Assembly: GCA_038882655.1 (NCBI GenBank) | Contig: JAVZNT010000001.1 | Location: 96,001-160,000 of the forward strand | Source of the DNA: Candidatus Bathyarchaeia archaeon | GTDB taxonomy: Archaea; Thermoproteota; Bathyarchaeia; Bathyarchaeales; Bathycorpusculaceae | Reading direction: 5' to 3' | DNA length: 64,000 nucleotides | In this document: positions 51,549 to 60,273 of the stretch, piece by piece | Numbering within the stretch: the first letter of the stretch is position 1 | How the letters are laid out: the number at the start of each line of letters is the position of its first letter | Program-made: the position numbers and the translations under genes | Notes under the pieces: generated by a model | What the model saw: only the letters and a program-made list of their open reading frames with translations | Told to the model about the DNA's origin: nothing | The model's database searches: none

Positions 51549-52262
51549 ATGCAAAATACGCCAAACAATGTTATTTCAGTGGTTATTCCAGCCTACAACG
51601 AAGAGAAAACCATTGGAAGCGTCATTGAAGAAACCCTTCAAGTAATGGACAGCTTAGGTTTACCCTATGAAATTATTGTTGTCGATGATGGTTCAACAGA
51701 CGGCACTAAAGAGATAGCAAGCAAATATAAGGCTAGAGTATTATCCAATGGAAGAAATCAAGGAAAGGGTTACGCCCTAAGGAAGGGTTTCCAACATGCT
51801 CGAGGCGAAATAGTTGTAACAATTGACGCTGACGGTTCTCATAAACCAAAGGAAATCCCGGATTTGCTTTATCCGCTATTTAACGGGGCGGACATCGTAG
51901 CTGGTTCAAGATTCTTAGGTAAGGGGGAAGATTATACATCCAAACTTCATATGCTTGGTAACCATCTAATCAATATGACAATAATGTTGCTGACACGAAA
52001 GCTTATCACAGATAGCCAAACAGGTCTAAGAGCCTTTAAAAGAAAATTACTTGAAAAAGTGAATTTAGAATCCTACGGATATGAAATTGAAACCGAAATA
52101 ACCGTTAAGGGACTAAAAAATGGCTTTAAGTTTCAAGAAATCCCGATTAGTTGCCAGAAGAGAGAGCACAGCGTTTCCAGGTTAAGGATACTTTCAGATG
52201 GGTTTAAAATTCTTAAAACAATTCTAACGTCCGTTGCTAAAAACAACAATGGTGATTCTTAG
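51549..52262 (+). CDS. GT2, DPM1-like polyprenol-phosphate glycosyltransferase
   Basis: IPAYNEE, DDGSTDGT, NQGKG.A, DADGSH, GSRF, TDSQTG.RAF. Confidence 0.9.
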   Translation: MQNTPNNVISVVIPAYNEEKTIGSVIEETLQVMDSLGLPYEIIVVDDGSTDGTKEIASKYKARVLSNGRNQGKGYALRKGFQHARGEIVVTIDADGSHKPKEIPDLLYPLFNGADIVAGSRFLGKGEDYTSKLHMLGNHLINMTIMLLTRKLITDSQTGLRAFKRKLLEKVNLESYGYEIETEITVKGLKNGFKFQEIPISCQKREHSVSRLRILSDGFKILKTILTSVAKNNNGDS

Positions 52263-52347
52263 AAAATTTTGGAAGTGTAGAAAATTGTTTCAAATCTTCT
52301 ATATCTCATCTCCATACGCTCTTATATAGCGCTCTGATAAATTATTA

Positions 52348-52923
52348 GTGTGGTTACCAATGAAAACTGTTTACGTAGCATTGGCCGTTCTATTAATTGG
52401 ACTATTTCTAGCAACAGCTAATATAGCCCATGCACAATGGCCTGCGTTAAGCTCAGGTTATGCTGTAACAACAAACTGGCATGGGAAAGAAGTTCCGCTG
52501 GGCGAAAGCGTCACCGTATGGGCAGGAACAACTGACTCGAATGTTCAAGAAGTGCTGTTCCGATGGAAAAGGCCAGATGAAACAATATTTGTTGAGATTA
52601 ACGTTCCAGTAGTTGGTCCGTACACAACGCCCAACGTTCCTGAAGGCGTGCCACAAGAAATTATTAACTGGGCTAACAGTAACCCAGGCATAAACGTCTA
52701 TTACGCAAATAACACGCAAACTCCAGACACGCTTGGCGATTGGGGCGTTCAAGCTTTCTTCAGAGGACCAGGCGGGAAAACAAAAGCAGGCGTCGAAGAG
52801 ACAATAGCTATAAGGGCAACGTCATTTAATGTCATACCAGACCTTCCCGTAGTCGGTACCGCAGGCGCGGTAACAGCAATGCTTTTAGGTTTAGGATTGT
52901 TTTTCCAGAAAAAGAAACAATAA
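52348..52923 (+). CDS. Secreted protein with C-terminal sorting signal (predicted exosortase substrate)
   Basis: Signal peptide; ends VIPDLPVVGTAGAVTAMLLGLGLFFQKKKQ. Confidence 0.8.
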   Translation: MWLPMKTVYVALAVLLIGLFLATANIAHAQWPALSSGYAVTTNWHGKEVPLGESVTVWAGTTDSNVQEVLFRWKRPDETIFVEINVPVVGPYTTPNVPEGVPQEIINWANSNPGINVYYANNTQTPDTLGDWGVQAFFRGPGGKTKAGVEETIAIRATSFNVIPDLPVVGTAGAVTAMLLGLGLFFQKKKQ

Positions 52924-53074
52924 AACTCTTGAGAACGATTTTAAAACATGCGGTTGTACCAAGATAATGGGTTTTTAATAGAAAATTTTGTTAAAGGGTC
53001 TATACTTGTTTTCCATGTCGATTTATAAGAGTGCGATTTCAAATATTTTATCGACGCACAAAGAGGGGAAAGGA

Positions 53075-53689
53075 TTGAACCTTAAAAAATTGCTGCTAGC
53101 GCTTGTAATTGTTGCTTTTGCTGCTAGTTCTATTTTTATATTAGGTGTCAAAGCGGAGGATGAAATAAACGACTATGACAATGTACTTGCGGAACAAGTA
53201 ATTAATGACATCAACAGCACTGTTAACTCAGGTCTTAATGAAGGAGAAATAAAATATGACCAAAATTACACGCTTTACAGGTTAACAGTGATGCCGAAAA
53301 GTGTTACCGTTGGGCAACAGGTAACTGCAATAGCGGAAACAGATAATAAACATGTGACCCATGTCACATTCGTGTGGGTAAAAGCGTTTGATGGAATCAG
53401 AAAAATAGAAACTGTTCCAGTTTATTTGGAAAACGGTTTGAAAAAAGCTGAAAGCACATACAACCCTGACGAGCGAGGTTCATGGTGGGTGTTCGCTTTG
53501 TTTGAGCAAAGATATGTTGATTCATGTAAATGTGGATGGTTGTTCGCCATGCGGTGGGCATGCTTTAGGGTCACTGGAATCCAACAACAAGTACCAGATT
53601 ATCCAGTGGTTGGCACCGCTGGCGCCGTGACAAGCATGCTTGTGAGTTTAAGTTTATTCCTAAATAAGAAAAAACAAAAGCCCATTTAG
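53075..53689 (+). CDS. Secreted protein with C-terminal sorting signal (predicted exosortase substrate)
   Basis: TTG start before LKKLLLALVIVAFAA; ends QVPDYPVVGTAGAVTSMLVSLSLFLNKKKQKPI. Confidence 0.8.
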   Translation: MNLKKLLLALVIVAFAASSIFILGVKAEDEINDYDNVLAEQVINDINSTVNSGLNEGEIKYDQNYTLYRLTVMPKSVTVGQQVTAIAETDNKHVTHVTFVWVKAFDGIRKIETVPVYLENGLKKAESTYNPDERGSWWVFALFEQRYVDSCKCGWLFAMRWACFRVTGIQQQVPDYPVVGTAGAVTSMLVSLSLFLNKKKQKPI

Positions 53690-53749
53690 CGGGCTCAATT
53701 TATTCTTAAACTTGCTTTCGGTTTTATTTTTGTTTGAAGGGTTGATATC

Positions 53750-55807
53750 GTGAAGAAGGTTCTAGACAAAATTAGGTGGGTAACCAGTATATTGAAGGAT
53801 TATTGGCAACACATTTTAGCCGTATCTCTTTTTCTGTCAATAATTTGGGTGGTTTATTGGCATGACCTAGAAATATTGGCAAATGAAGCTCTTCATACTG
53901 AAGCTCTTTCCCACGTCTTTTTAATACCTCTTTTCGTAGGCGTTCTTCTCTACTTGAAGAGAGATGTGTTTAAGGCTTCGTTTGCTTTAAATTCTCTGCG
54001 GAAGAAATCGGGGAGCATGTTTTTTGACGAGCTTGTCGGATTAAGCCTATGCCTCATAGCCTTTCTCGTCTACTGGTATGGTTCTTACACGCTCTACCCG
54101 TTGGAATATCATATGCTCGCCCTACCCATATTCGTGGCGGGCATTATACTAATTCTCTTTAACCTAAAAGCCTTGAAAGCGCTCACTGTCCCTGTGGTTC
54201 TCCTCATTTTTCTGGTTCCAATTCCCAACGAGATAGCATACACTTTGGGCGGAAGCTTAGCCAACTTTAACACTCAAGCCTCCTACACACTACTGAAGGG
54301 ACTAGGAGTCCCAGTAACATTAAACACAACGTATGGTTCTCCAACCATAATGTTGGTAAAACCCCAAGAGCCGCCTATTCCATTTACGGTGGACATTCCA
54401 TGCTCAGGAATTTATATGTTAACCGCCTTTTCCATGTTCGCCGTTTTCTTAGCGGCGATTGTGCAAGCCTCAACTCTTAAAAAGGCTTGGATTTTCATGC
54501 TTGGATTCGCCATATTCGAGGTTTTAAACATAATCCGCATAACATCCATAGTTTCTGCAGCCTACCTTTTCAGCGAAGAAGTCGCCATGCTGATTTTCCA
54601 TTCAGCGGCAGGCTTGATCCTCACATTTATTGGAATATTCATCACTCTAATTGTGTCTGAAAAGCTATTAGGGATAAAAGTTGCCACCAGCAAGATCGAA
54701 ACGCCTTCATGTTCAGAGTGTAATAAACTGCGGGAGAAATTCCAGAACTTTTGCTTAAACTGTGGAAGGTTCTTTAACCCGTTTAAAAAGAAGCCCTCTA
54801 AAATTTTTTGGACAAAACTAATACTGCTGCTGGTCGGCTGTTTTCTAATATCCTTGAGTGTCAACGCACCAGTTTTCGCGATCTCTAAGGAAACAATGGA
54901 AGTAACCTCGTGGGAAAGAACAACAGAAATTTTGCCGCAGATTCCAGAGCACCGACTCGTTTTTCTATATCGGGATACAGACTATGAACGAATAGCGAAA
55001 CAGGATGCGTCGCTGGTTTACGCCTATTTTCCAGCAAACCTTTCAAGGCCAGTTACTTATGTCCTTATAGGCGTGGCAAGCAGCATCTCAAACCTTCACA
55101 ATTGGGAAGTCTGCCTCATATCATGGCAGACAGCTTACGGACGTTATCCGCTGGTTGAAGTTCTAGTCTCTAAAGACATACAATTACTTGAAGGTAACCA
55201 GTTGATTGCAAGGTACCTAGTTTTTCAAAATTCCGAGGAAAACTATACGCAATTCACCCTTTATTGGTATGAAAAGGCAACATTCAAATTAGGCGCCACC
55301 GTGCAGCAGCGGTACGTTAGAATAAGCCTTATAATATTAGCAGGGAATGCTTTCAGTCATCAACAATATGAAAGCCAGCTTCTAGAGTTTGGAGAGGCCG
55401 TGGCCCACCACTGGGAACCAATAAAGACACATTCCTTGTTTTCTTTAGGAATAACCGCGCAACAAACCCTTCTCGTCTTTTCAATAGCCCTCATAATAAT
55501 CACAAAAGTAGCCCAGTCCACTCACGAGTGGCGCAAAAAAATGAATAACCTTAAAATATTCAACAATCTCGCTTCGCCAACAGATAAGCTTGTGCTTCAG
55601 ACAATCACCGAACTGAGCAAAGCCAAAGGGACCGCCACAACAGCTGAAATAAGCTTTGCAATCAAGAACAAAACTGGAAAAACATTGAGACTTGAAAGGC
55701 TTGTAGAACGGTTAAACCGCCTACAAGAATATAATTTCGTAAAAATGGATATAACCGCGAACAATAACAAGCCTCTACTAGTTTGGAAAAGTTTAGTAAA
55801 CCTCTAG
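53750..55807 (+). CDS. Exosortase/archaeosortase family protein, multidomain
   Basis: SHVFLIP, FLVPIP; catalytic triad pattern VDIPCSG, LNIIRI, IFHSAAG; then CxxC..CxxC, HNWEVC, YWY and a C-terminal wHTH-like region. Confidence 0.88.
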   Translation: MKKVLDKIRWVTSILKDYWQHILAVSLFLSIIWVVYWHDLEILANEALHTEALSHVFLIPLFVGVLLYLKRDVFKASFALNSLRKKSGSMFFDELVGLSLCLIAFLVYWYGSYTLYPLEYHMLALPIFVAGIILILFNLKALKALTVPVVLLIFLVPIPNEIAYTLGGSLANFNTQASYTLLKGLGVPVTLNTTYGSPTIMLVKPQEPPIPFTVDIPCSGIYMLTAFSMFAVFLAAIVQASTLKKAWIFMLGFAIFEVLNIIRITSIVSAAYLFSEEVAMLIFHSAAGLILTFIGIFITLIVSEKLLGIKVATSKIETPSCSECNKLREKFQNFCLNCGRFFNPFKKKPSKIFWTKLILLLVGCFLISLSVNAPVFAISKETMEVTSWERTTEILPQIPEHRLVFLYRDTDYERIAKQDASLVYAYFPANLSRPVTYVLIGVASSISNLHNWEVCLISWQTAYGRYPLVEVLVSKDIQLLEGNQLIARYLVFQNSEENYTQFTLYWYEKATFKLGATVQQRYVRISLIILAGNAFSHQQYESQLLEFGEAVAHHWEPIKTHSLFSLGITAQQTLLVFSIALIIITKVAQSTHEWRKKMNNLKIFNNLASPTDKLVLQTITELSKAKGTATTAEISFAIKNKTGKTLRLERLVERLNRLQEYNFVKMDITANNNKPLLVWKSLVNL

Positions 55808-55847
55808 AAACCTTAAATGATGGCCTGCAATATTTTTAATTAAGAAA

Positions 55848-56771
55848 ATGTGCCCAAAACCGAAAAAAGAGAGAACAATCAAAAAATCTGAGGATAAATT
55901 ATACGAATTAACAACCACGCAGCATCTAGTTGAAACGATTAAGCAGCTTCAGACGGAAATCGAAGATTTAAAAGCAGAATTGAAGAAGGTTAAGAGTATC
56001 CCAACTGGAAAAATAGGTTTAGCCTTCATAATTCTAGGCGTATTAGCATTCATCTTCGCTATGTCATATGACTCAAACATTTTAGCCTTTATAGGTTTAG
56101 GTTTAACCTTTTGGGGTGCTCTCTTCTTTTTTATAAGACCAGCAAAATACGCCCAAAGTAGTCTATTAGATTCAACAGCAGTCTCCACTTATACAACAAC
56201 CGACAGAATAATAAAGGACCTAAAATTTAAAGGCAAAAGCTACTACATACCACCGTACCCAAAAGAAGTTTACCTTCCTGAATATCTTAAAGGACTAAAA
56301 GAACCAGTAGTTTTCATTTCGGCCGACACTGGTGGTATGCCATCTATAGAAGAACTTGCTAAAAGCAAATTTCTACTCGCAAACCCAAAGGGAATATGTA
56401 TAGTCCCACCTGGTCTAGGACTGTTGACCAAGTTCGAGAATGAGCTTAGAAAGGATATGGCAAAGTTTCCGTTAAATGAATTATGTGAAATCCTTCCGTC
56501 AATAATTACCGAGAACTTACAGTTAGCAAAAGAAATGGAGATCAAGGTTGAAGACCGCGGAGTTTACTTAAAAATGTTGGACGCTGTATATATGAACCTT
56601 TATAGTGCAGAAAGAAATCTGATAAGCATCCATCGCCTTGGATGTCCTATTATAAGTGCGATAGCATGTGCGCTGTCTAAGGCTGCAGGAAAAATTGTTA
56701 CAATCCAGAGGGACAATGTTTCCCCCGATGGCCAAACTATTGAGGTTTGGTACCGTTTCATGGAGGCGTAA
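55848..56771 (+). CDS. Hypothetical membrane protein (paralog of 48770..49672)
   Basis: TTQHL.ETI.QLQTE, GKIGLAFIIL, FWGALFFF, PPGLGL, LGCPIISAIACA. Confidence 0.75.
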   Translation: MCPKPKKERTIKKSEDKLYELTTTQHLVETIKQLQTEIEDLKAELKKVKSIPTGKIGLAFIILGVLAFIFAMSYDSNILAFIGLGLTFWGALFFFIRPAKYAQSSLLDSTAVSTYTTTDRIIKDLKFKGKSYYIPPYPKEVYLPEYLKGLKEPVVFISADTGGMPSIEELAKSKFLLANPKGICIVPPGLGLLTKFENELRKDMAKFPLNELCEILPSIITENLQLAKEMEIKVEDRGVYLKMLDAVYMNLYSAERNLISIHRLGCPIISAIACALSKAAGKIVTIQRDNVSPDGQTIEVWYRFMEA

Positions 56772-56772
56772 A

Positions 56773-56967
56773 ATGAATTTTCCAATGTCGTTGTCGGACA
56801 TAAGCCTATGGCTTGCAGTTATGGCAATGATCTTACTTATAACATCTGCCGTCACAGAGTACTCGAGTTACCTAGTTATTGAAAAAAAGCGGCTTAGAAT
56901 AGTTGCTATAGCTTTGGGTTTAGGGTTCATGTCCACAGTTATCATGCGCATATTTCAGACATTCTAA
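56773..56967 (+). CDS. Small two-TM membrane protein
   Basis: MNFPMSLSDISLWLAVMAMILLITS...KKRLRIVAIALG; ATG immediately after the upstream stop. Confidence 0.65.
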   Translation: MNFPMSLSDISLWLAVMAMILLITSAVTEYSSYLVIEKKRLRIVAIALGLGFMSTVIMRIFQTF

Positions 56968-57001
56968 GAGATGCAAAGTTACAATTAAAGAAGGAGGGGA
57001 G

Positions 57002-57448
57002 CTACTGCTCTGTCCCGGATATAATTATGCTAAATGAAAAGTTTGTTATTCCACTGATGGCTGGGTTAACACTTAAAGTTAAATTTACGCCGACAATATG
57101 GCCGGCATTTAAGACGTAGCCACTACGGTCCCATGTCACTGTGATATAGTTTGCAGCTGCAGCGGGAGACCACCCAGAAGTTGTCATACTCAAGACAACG
57201 GGCACTGTTCCGTTGTTACGTACGTAAATAGTTTTGGTCACAGTTTCTCCAGGTGCTAGCATTCCCCAATCTATGGTTGTAACAGGACTTGTCCCGTTAC
57301 TATACCAGTAAACACTCACCCCAGCTGCTTTAATAGTTGCAGTATTATGGAATGAATATAACGCTGTAAGTGCACTTAAAGCAACTGCAACAAATGTTAC
57401 TGTAACGATGGTCAATAGCATACCTACCTTGATTCGTTGCATAGCCAT
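57002..57448 (-). CDS. Secreted beta-rich protein (DWG..PG family; candidate fibre subunit)
   Basis: Signal then FHNTATIKAAGVSVY...IDWGMLAPG...IYVRNNGTVP...LTLSV...FSFSIII. Confidence 0.75.
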   Translation of the reverse strand: MAMQRIKVGMLLTIVTVTFVAVALSALTALYSFHNTATIKAAGVSVYWYSNGTSPVTTIDWGMLAPGETVTKTIYVRNNGTVPVVLSMTTSGWSPAAAANYITVTWDRSGYVLNAGHIVGVNLTLSVNPAISGITNFSFSIIISGTEQ

Positions 57449-57969
57449 TTTTTCCCACCTTCTAATCTTCGAAAATCGTGCGTCTTAATAAACGTTATTG
57501 TTAACTTATTCAACATAAATACAGAATATACATAATTCGTCTAAATCCAAAATTGAGCGAGGATCAAGCTATCGGCACAACAACTTTACCACGGAACCAG
57601 CAGAAAAATAGCAAGCGAAACTGAAAAGAAAAGTGAAAAAGGCCAAGGAAGCTAAAAGCCAACAAAACTCCTTAAAGGCTCTTTGGTTTTAATTGCCACA
57701 ATGTTGGGCAGTCATTCGAGCCAGCAAAAGTCTGGCAGCTGCTCAACATCTAGAGTACACTATGTAGAGGTTTCGCTTTCACAACTGGAAAGAGGGAAAT
57801 AAATCGTTTGCAGTTGGGGTTGGGCTTTGCACTTGTAGTTGTTAATTCTCAGAATCAATTATAATATGAGTTAAAGAATTCGCGATGTAATCGCCAAGTT
57901 TATATTGCCCACTAATATTCTATTCAACGGCACTATATCAGTTTGCACGTTAATGGGGTGTTTCGGTAA

Positions 57970-58785
57970 ATGGAAATAGAGGTGCTTGAAAGAGACGATA
58001 AAAACTTGCGCTTGCTTATAAAGGGAGTCGACACCCCGTTTATTAACGCCTTGAGAAGGAATGTTATCACAGAAGTTCCTTGTATGGCAATAGATGATGT
58101 TGTGATTATTGAGAATTCTTCAGTTTTTCATGATGAAATTATAGCCCATAGGCTTGGATTAATCCCGTTAAGGACCGACCTTGACGGCTACAATCTTCCA
58201 GAAGAATGCTCATGTAAAAGCGAGTTTGGATGCAACCTTTGCAGAGTTACATTCACATTGGATAGAGAGGCAAAGGAAGGAACAATAACAGTTTATTCCG
58301 GCGAGCTCGTTTCCGAGAACCCAAACATTGTTCCCGTTAGCGACAAGATCCCAATAGTTAAGCTTGCAAAAGGGCAGAAGTTGAGGCTTGAAGCCTACGC
58401 GAGACTTGGGAAAGGAAAAAACCACGCGAAGTGGCAACCGGTTTCGCTATGCTCCTACAAACATTTGCCACAAATAAAAATAGCTGATGAAAGCTGTGAT
58501 GCTTGCGCAAAATGCGTTGAAATATGCCCAAGAAAAGTTTTGATAAAAAATGAGGGAAAAATAGAAGTTCGCAACTTGTTGGCTTGCACTCTATGCCAGG
58601 ACTGCGTGGACGTTTGCCCAAAACAACCGCCAGCAATAGAGGTCAACTGGGAGAAAAACGCCTTTATATTCAGCATCGAATCAACTGGTGTGCTTCCACC
58701 AGAAAGAATTATGATGGAAGCAGCAAAAATTTTGGATAAGGACCTAAAAGAGCTCACAAAACAGATTGGGGTGCAAAAGTCTTGA
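57970..58785 (+). CDS. rpoD: DNA-directed RNA polymerase subunit D (Rpo3)
   Basis: NALRR, AHRLGLIP, HAKWQP; two CxxCxxCxxxCP ferredoxin motifs. Confidence 0.96.
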   Translation: MEIEVLERDDKNLRLLIKGVDTPFINALRRNVITEVPCMAIDDVVIIENSSVFHDEIIAHRLGLIPLRTDLDGYNLPEECSCKSEFGCNLCRVTFTLDREAKEGTITVYSGELVSENPNIVPVSDKIPIVKLAKGQKLRLEAYARLGKGKNHAKWQPVSLCSYKHLPQIKIADESCDACAKCVEICPRKVLIKNEGKIEVRNLLACTLCQDCVDVCPKQPPAIEVNWEKNAFIFSIESTGVLPPERIMMEAAKILDKDLKELTKQIGVQKS

Positions 58786-59144
58786 GAAAAGTTGAGGCGA
58801 CAAATCCAGAGCTCATCGAAACCATTCGCTTCTTGAAAAAGCAGAGCGCTGAAAATGAGGCGAAAATTTGGAGAAGCATAGCTGAACTTTTGGCGAAGTC
58901 TAGAAGAAAACGCGTAGCCGTGAACATTAGCCGATTGAACAGATATACAGAAAAGAATGAAACTGTGGTTGTTCCAGGCAAAGTGTTGGGCGCTGGCGAA
59001 ATAGACCATCCGATAACTGTTGCAGCCTTCGCATTTTCACAGAAAGCACGGGAAAAAATAAAGAGGGCACGAGGGAAATGTCTATCCATAATCGAACTTG
59101 TCAAAAAGAATCCAAAGGGTTCAAAAGTTAAGATTATAGGGTGA
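58782..59144 (+). CDS. rpl18e: 50S ribosomal protein L18e
   Basis: TNPEL, VNISRLNR, VVPGKVLGAG. Confidence 0.95.
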   Translation: MRKVEATNPELIETIRFLKKQSAENEAKIWRSIAELLAKSRRKRVAVNISRLNRYTEKNETVVVPGKVLGAGEIDHPITVAAFAFSQKAREKIKRARGKCLSIIELVKKNPKGSKVKIIG

Positions 59145-59148
59145 AAAA

Positions 59149-59586
59149 ATGCAGCTCAAAAGCGATTACAAACTCATTAATGCTGATGGACTAATTCTTG
59201 GAAGAATGGCTAGCATAATCGCCAAACGCTTACTAAAGGGTGAAAAAATAGCCGTTGTAAACGCTGAAAAAGCCATAATATCCGGTAAAAAGAAAAGTAA
59301 AGCTGGAGAAGCAAAAGAGTTTCTTGAAGTTGGACACCCCGGAAAAGGCCCCTTGCATCCTAGGAGACCAGACAGAATTCTTAGAAGAACCGTTAGGGGG
59401 ATGCTTCCCTATAGGCAGCCTAAGGGGAAGCAGGCCTACAAGAGGCTTAGGGTCTTTATTGGCGTTCCAGATGAGCTTAAAAATCTAGAAATGGAAACCA
59501 TAGAGGAGGCGCAAGCCAAAAAGCTAAGTTGTTCCTACTTCACACTGGGAGAGCTTGCAAAAGAAATAGGTTGGAGTGGCGAATAG
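59149..59586 (+). CDS. rpl13: 50S ribosomal protein L13
   Basis: [21 protein letters not shown]. Confidence 0.95.
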   Translation: MQLKSDYKLINADGLILGRMASIIAKRLLKGEKIAVVNAEKAIISGKKKSKAGEAKEFLEVGHPGKGPLHPRRPDRILRRTVRGMLPYRQPKGKQAYKRLRVFIGVPDELKNLEMETIEEAQAKKLSCSYFTLGELAKEIGWSGE

Positions 59587-59588
59587 TT

Positions 59589-59999
59589 ATGCCTGCAAAA
59601 AAAGTTCTAGTTGTCAGTGGAAAAAGAAAGACAGCCACGGCACGAGCAGTTGTCAAGCCCGGTTTAGGAAGAGTAAGAATTAACATGACTCCGCTGGAAA
59701 TTTACCGCCCGGAAGTCGCACGTCAAAAAATAATGGAGCCGCTTATACAAGCTGGCGATGAGGTTTGGAAACAGTTAGATATGGATATTAAGGTTTCCGG
59801 CGGAGGCTACATGGGACAGGCGGAGGCAGTTAGGATAGCCATTGCAAATGCCCTATTAAAATGGACTAAGAGCACACAGTTACGCACAGCGTTTAGTGAG
59901 TATGACAGAACAATGGTTGTGGGCGACTCCCGAAGAAAGGAGCCTAAAAAGTTTGGAGGCCCTGGTGCAAGAGCGAGGGATCAGAAGAGCTATAGGTAA
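59589..59999 (+). CDS. rps9: 30S ribosomal protein S9
   Basis: [37 protein letters not shown]. Confidence 0.95.
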   Translation: MPAKKVLVVSGKRKTATARAVVKPGLGRVRINMTPLEIYRPEVARQKIMEPLIQAGDEVWKQLDMDIKVSGGGYMGQAEAVRIAIANALLKWTKSTQLRTAFSEYDRTMVVGDSRRKEPKKFGGPGARARDQKSYR

Positions 60000-60257
60000 T
60001 TGGAGGTTAAAGCGAAATTGATTATACCTATAAGATGTTTTACATGTGGCAAGTTAATTGGTGATAAGTGGGAGGAGTTCGCGAGAAGAGTTAAGATGGG
60101 GGAAGATGCTGGCGACGTTTTAGATAGTTTGGGTATAAAGAGGTATTGCTGCAGGCGTATGCTTCTTTCTCATATTGAAATTGTCGACGAGATTTTACGC
60201 TTTTATGAGGAAGCAGAAAAGAGAAGGGAAGCTAGAATGCAGTATTACCAGCAATAG
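60000..60257 (+). CDS. rpoN: RNA polymerase subunit N (Rpo10)
   Basis: [22 protein letters not shown]; true start may be TTG 60018. Confidence 0.95.
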   Translation: MEVKAKLIIPIRCFTCGKLIGDKWEEFARRVKMGEDAGDVLDSLGIKRYCCRRMLLSHIEIVDEILRFYEEAEKRREARMQYYQQ

Positions 60258-60273
60258 GGAGCCATGGTAAGGC

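Noticed and set aside
58455-59009. Long antisense ORFs (also 23081-23605, 23316-23783, 63172-63495 and others)
   Set aside because: Shadows of well-supported genes on the opposite strand with no recognisable motifs
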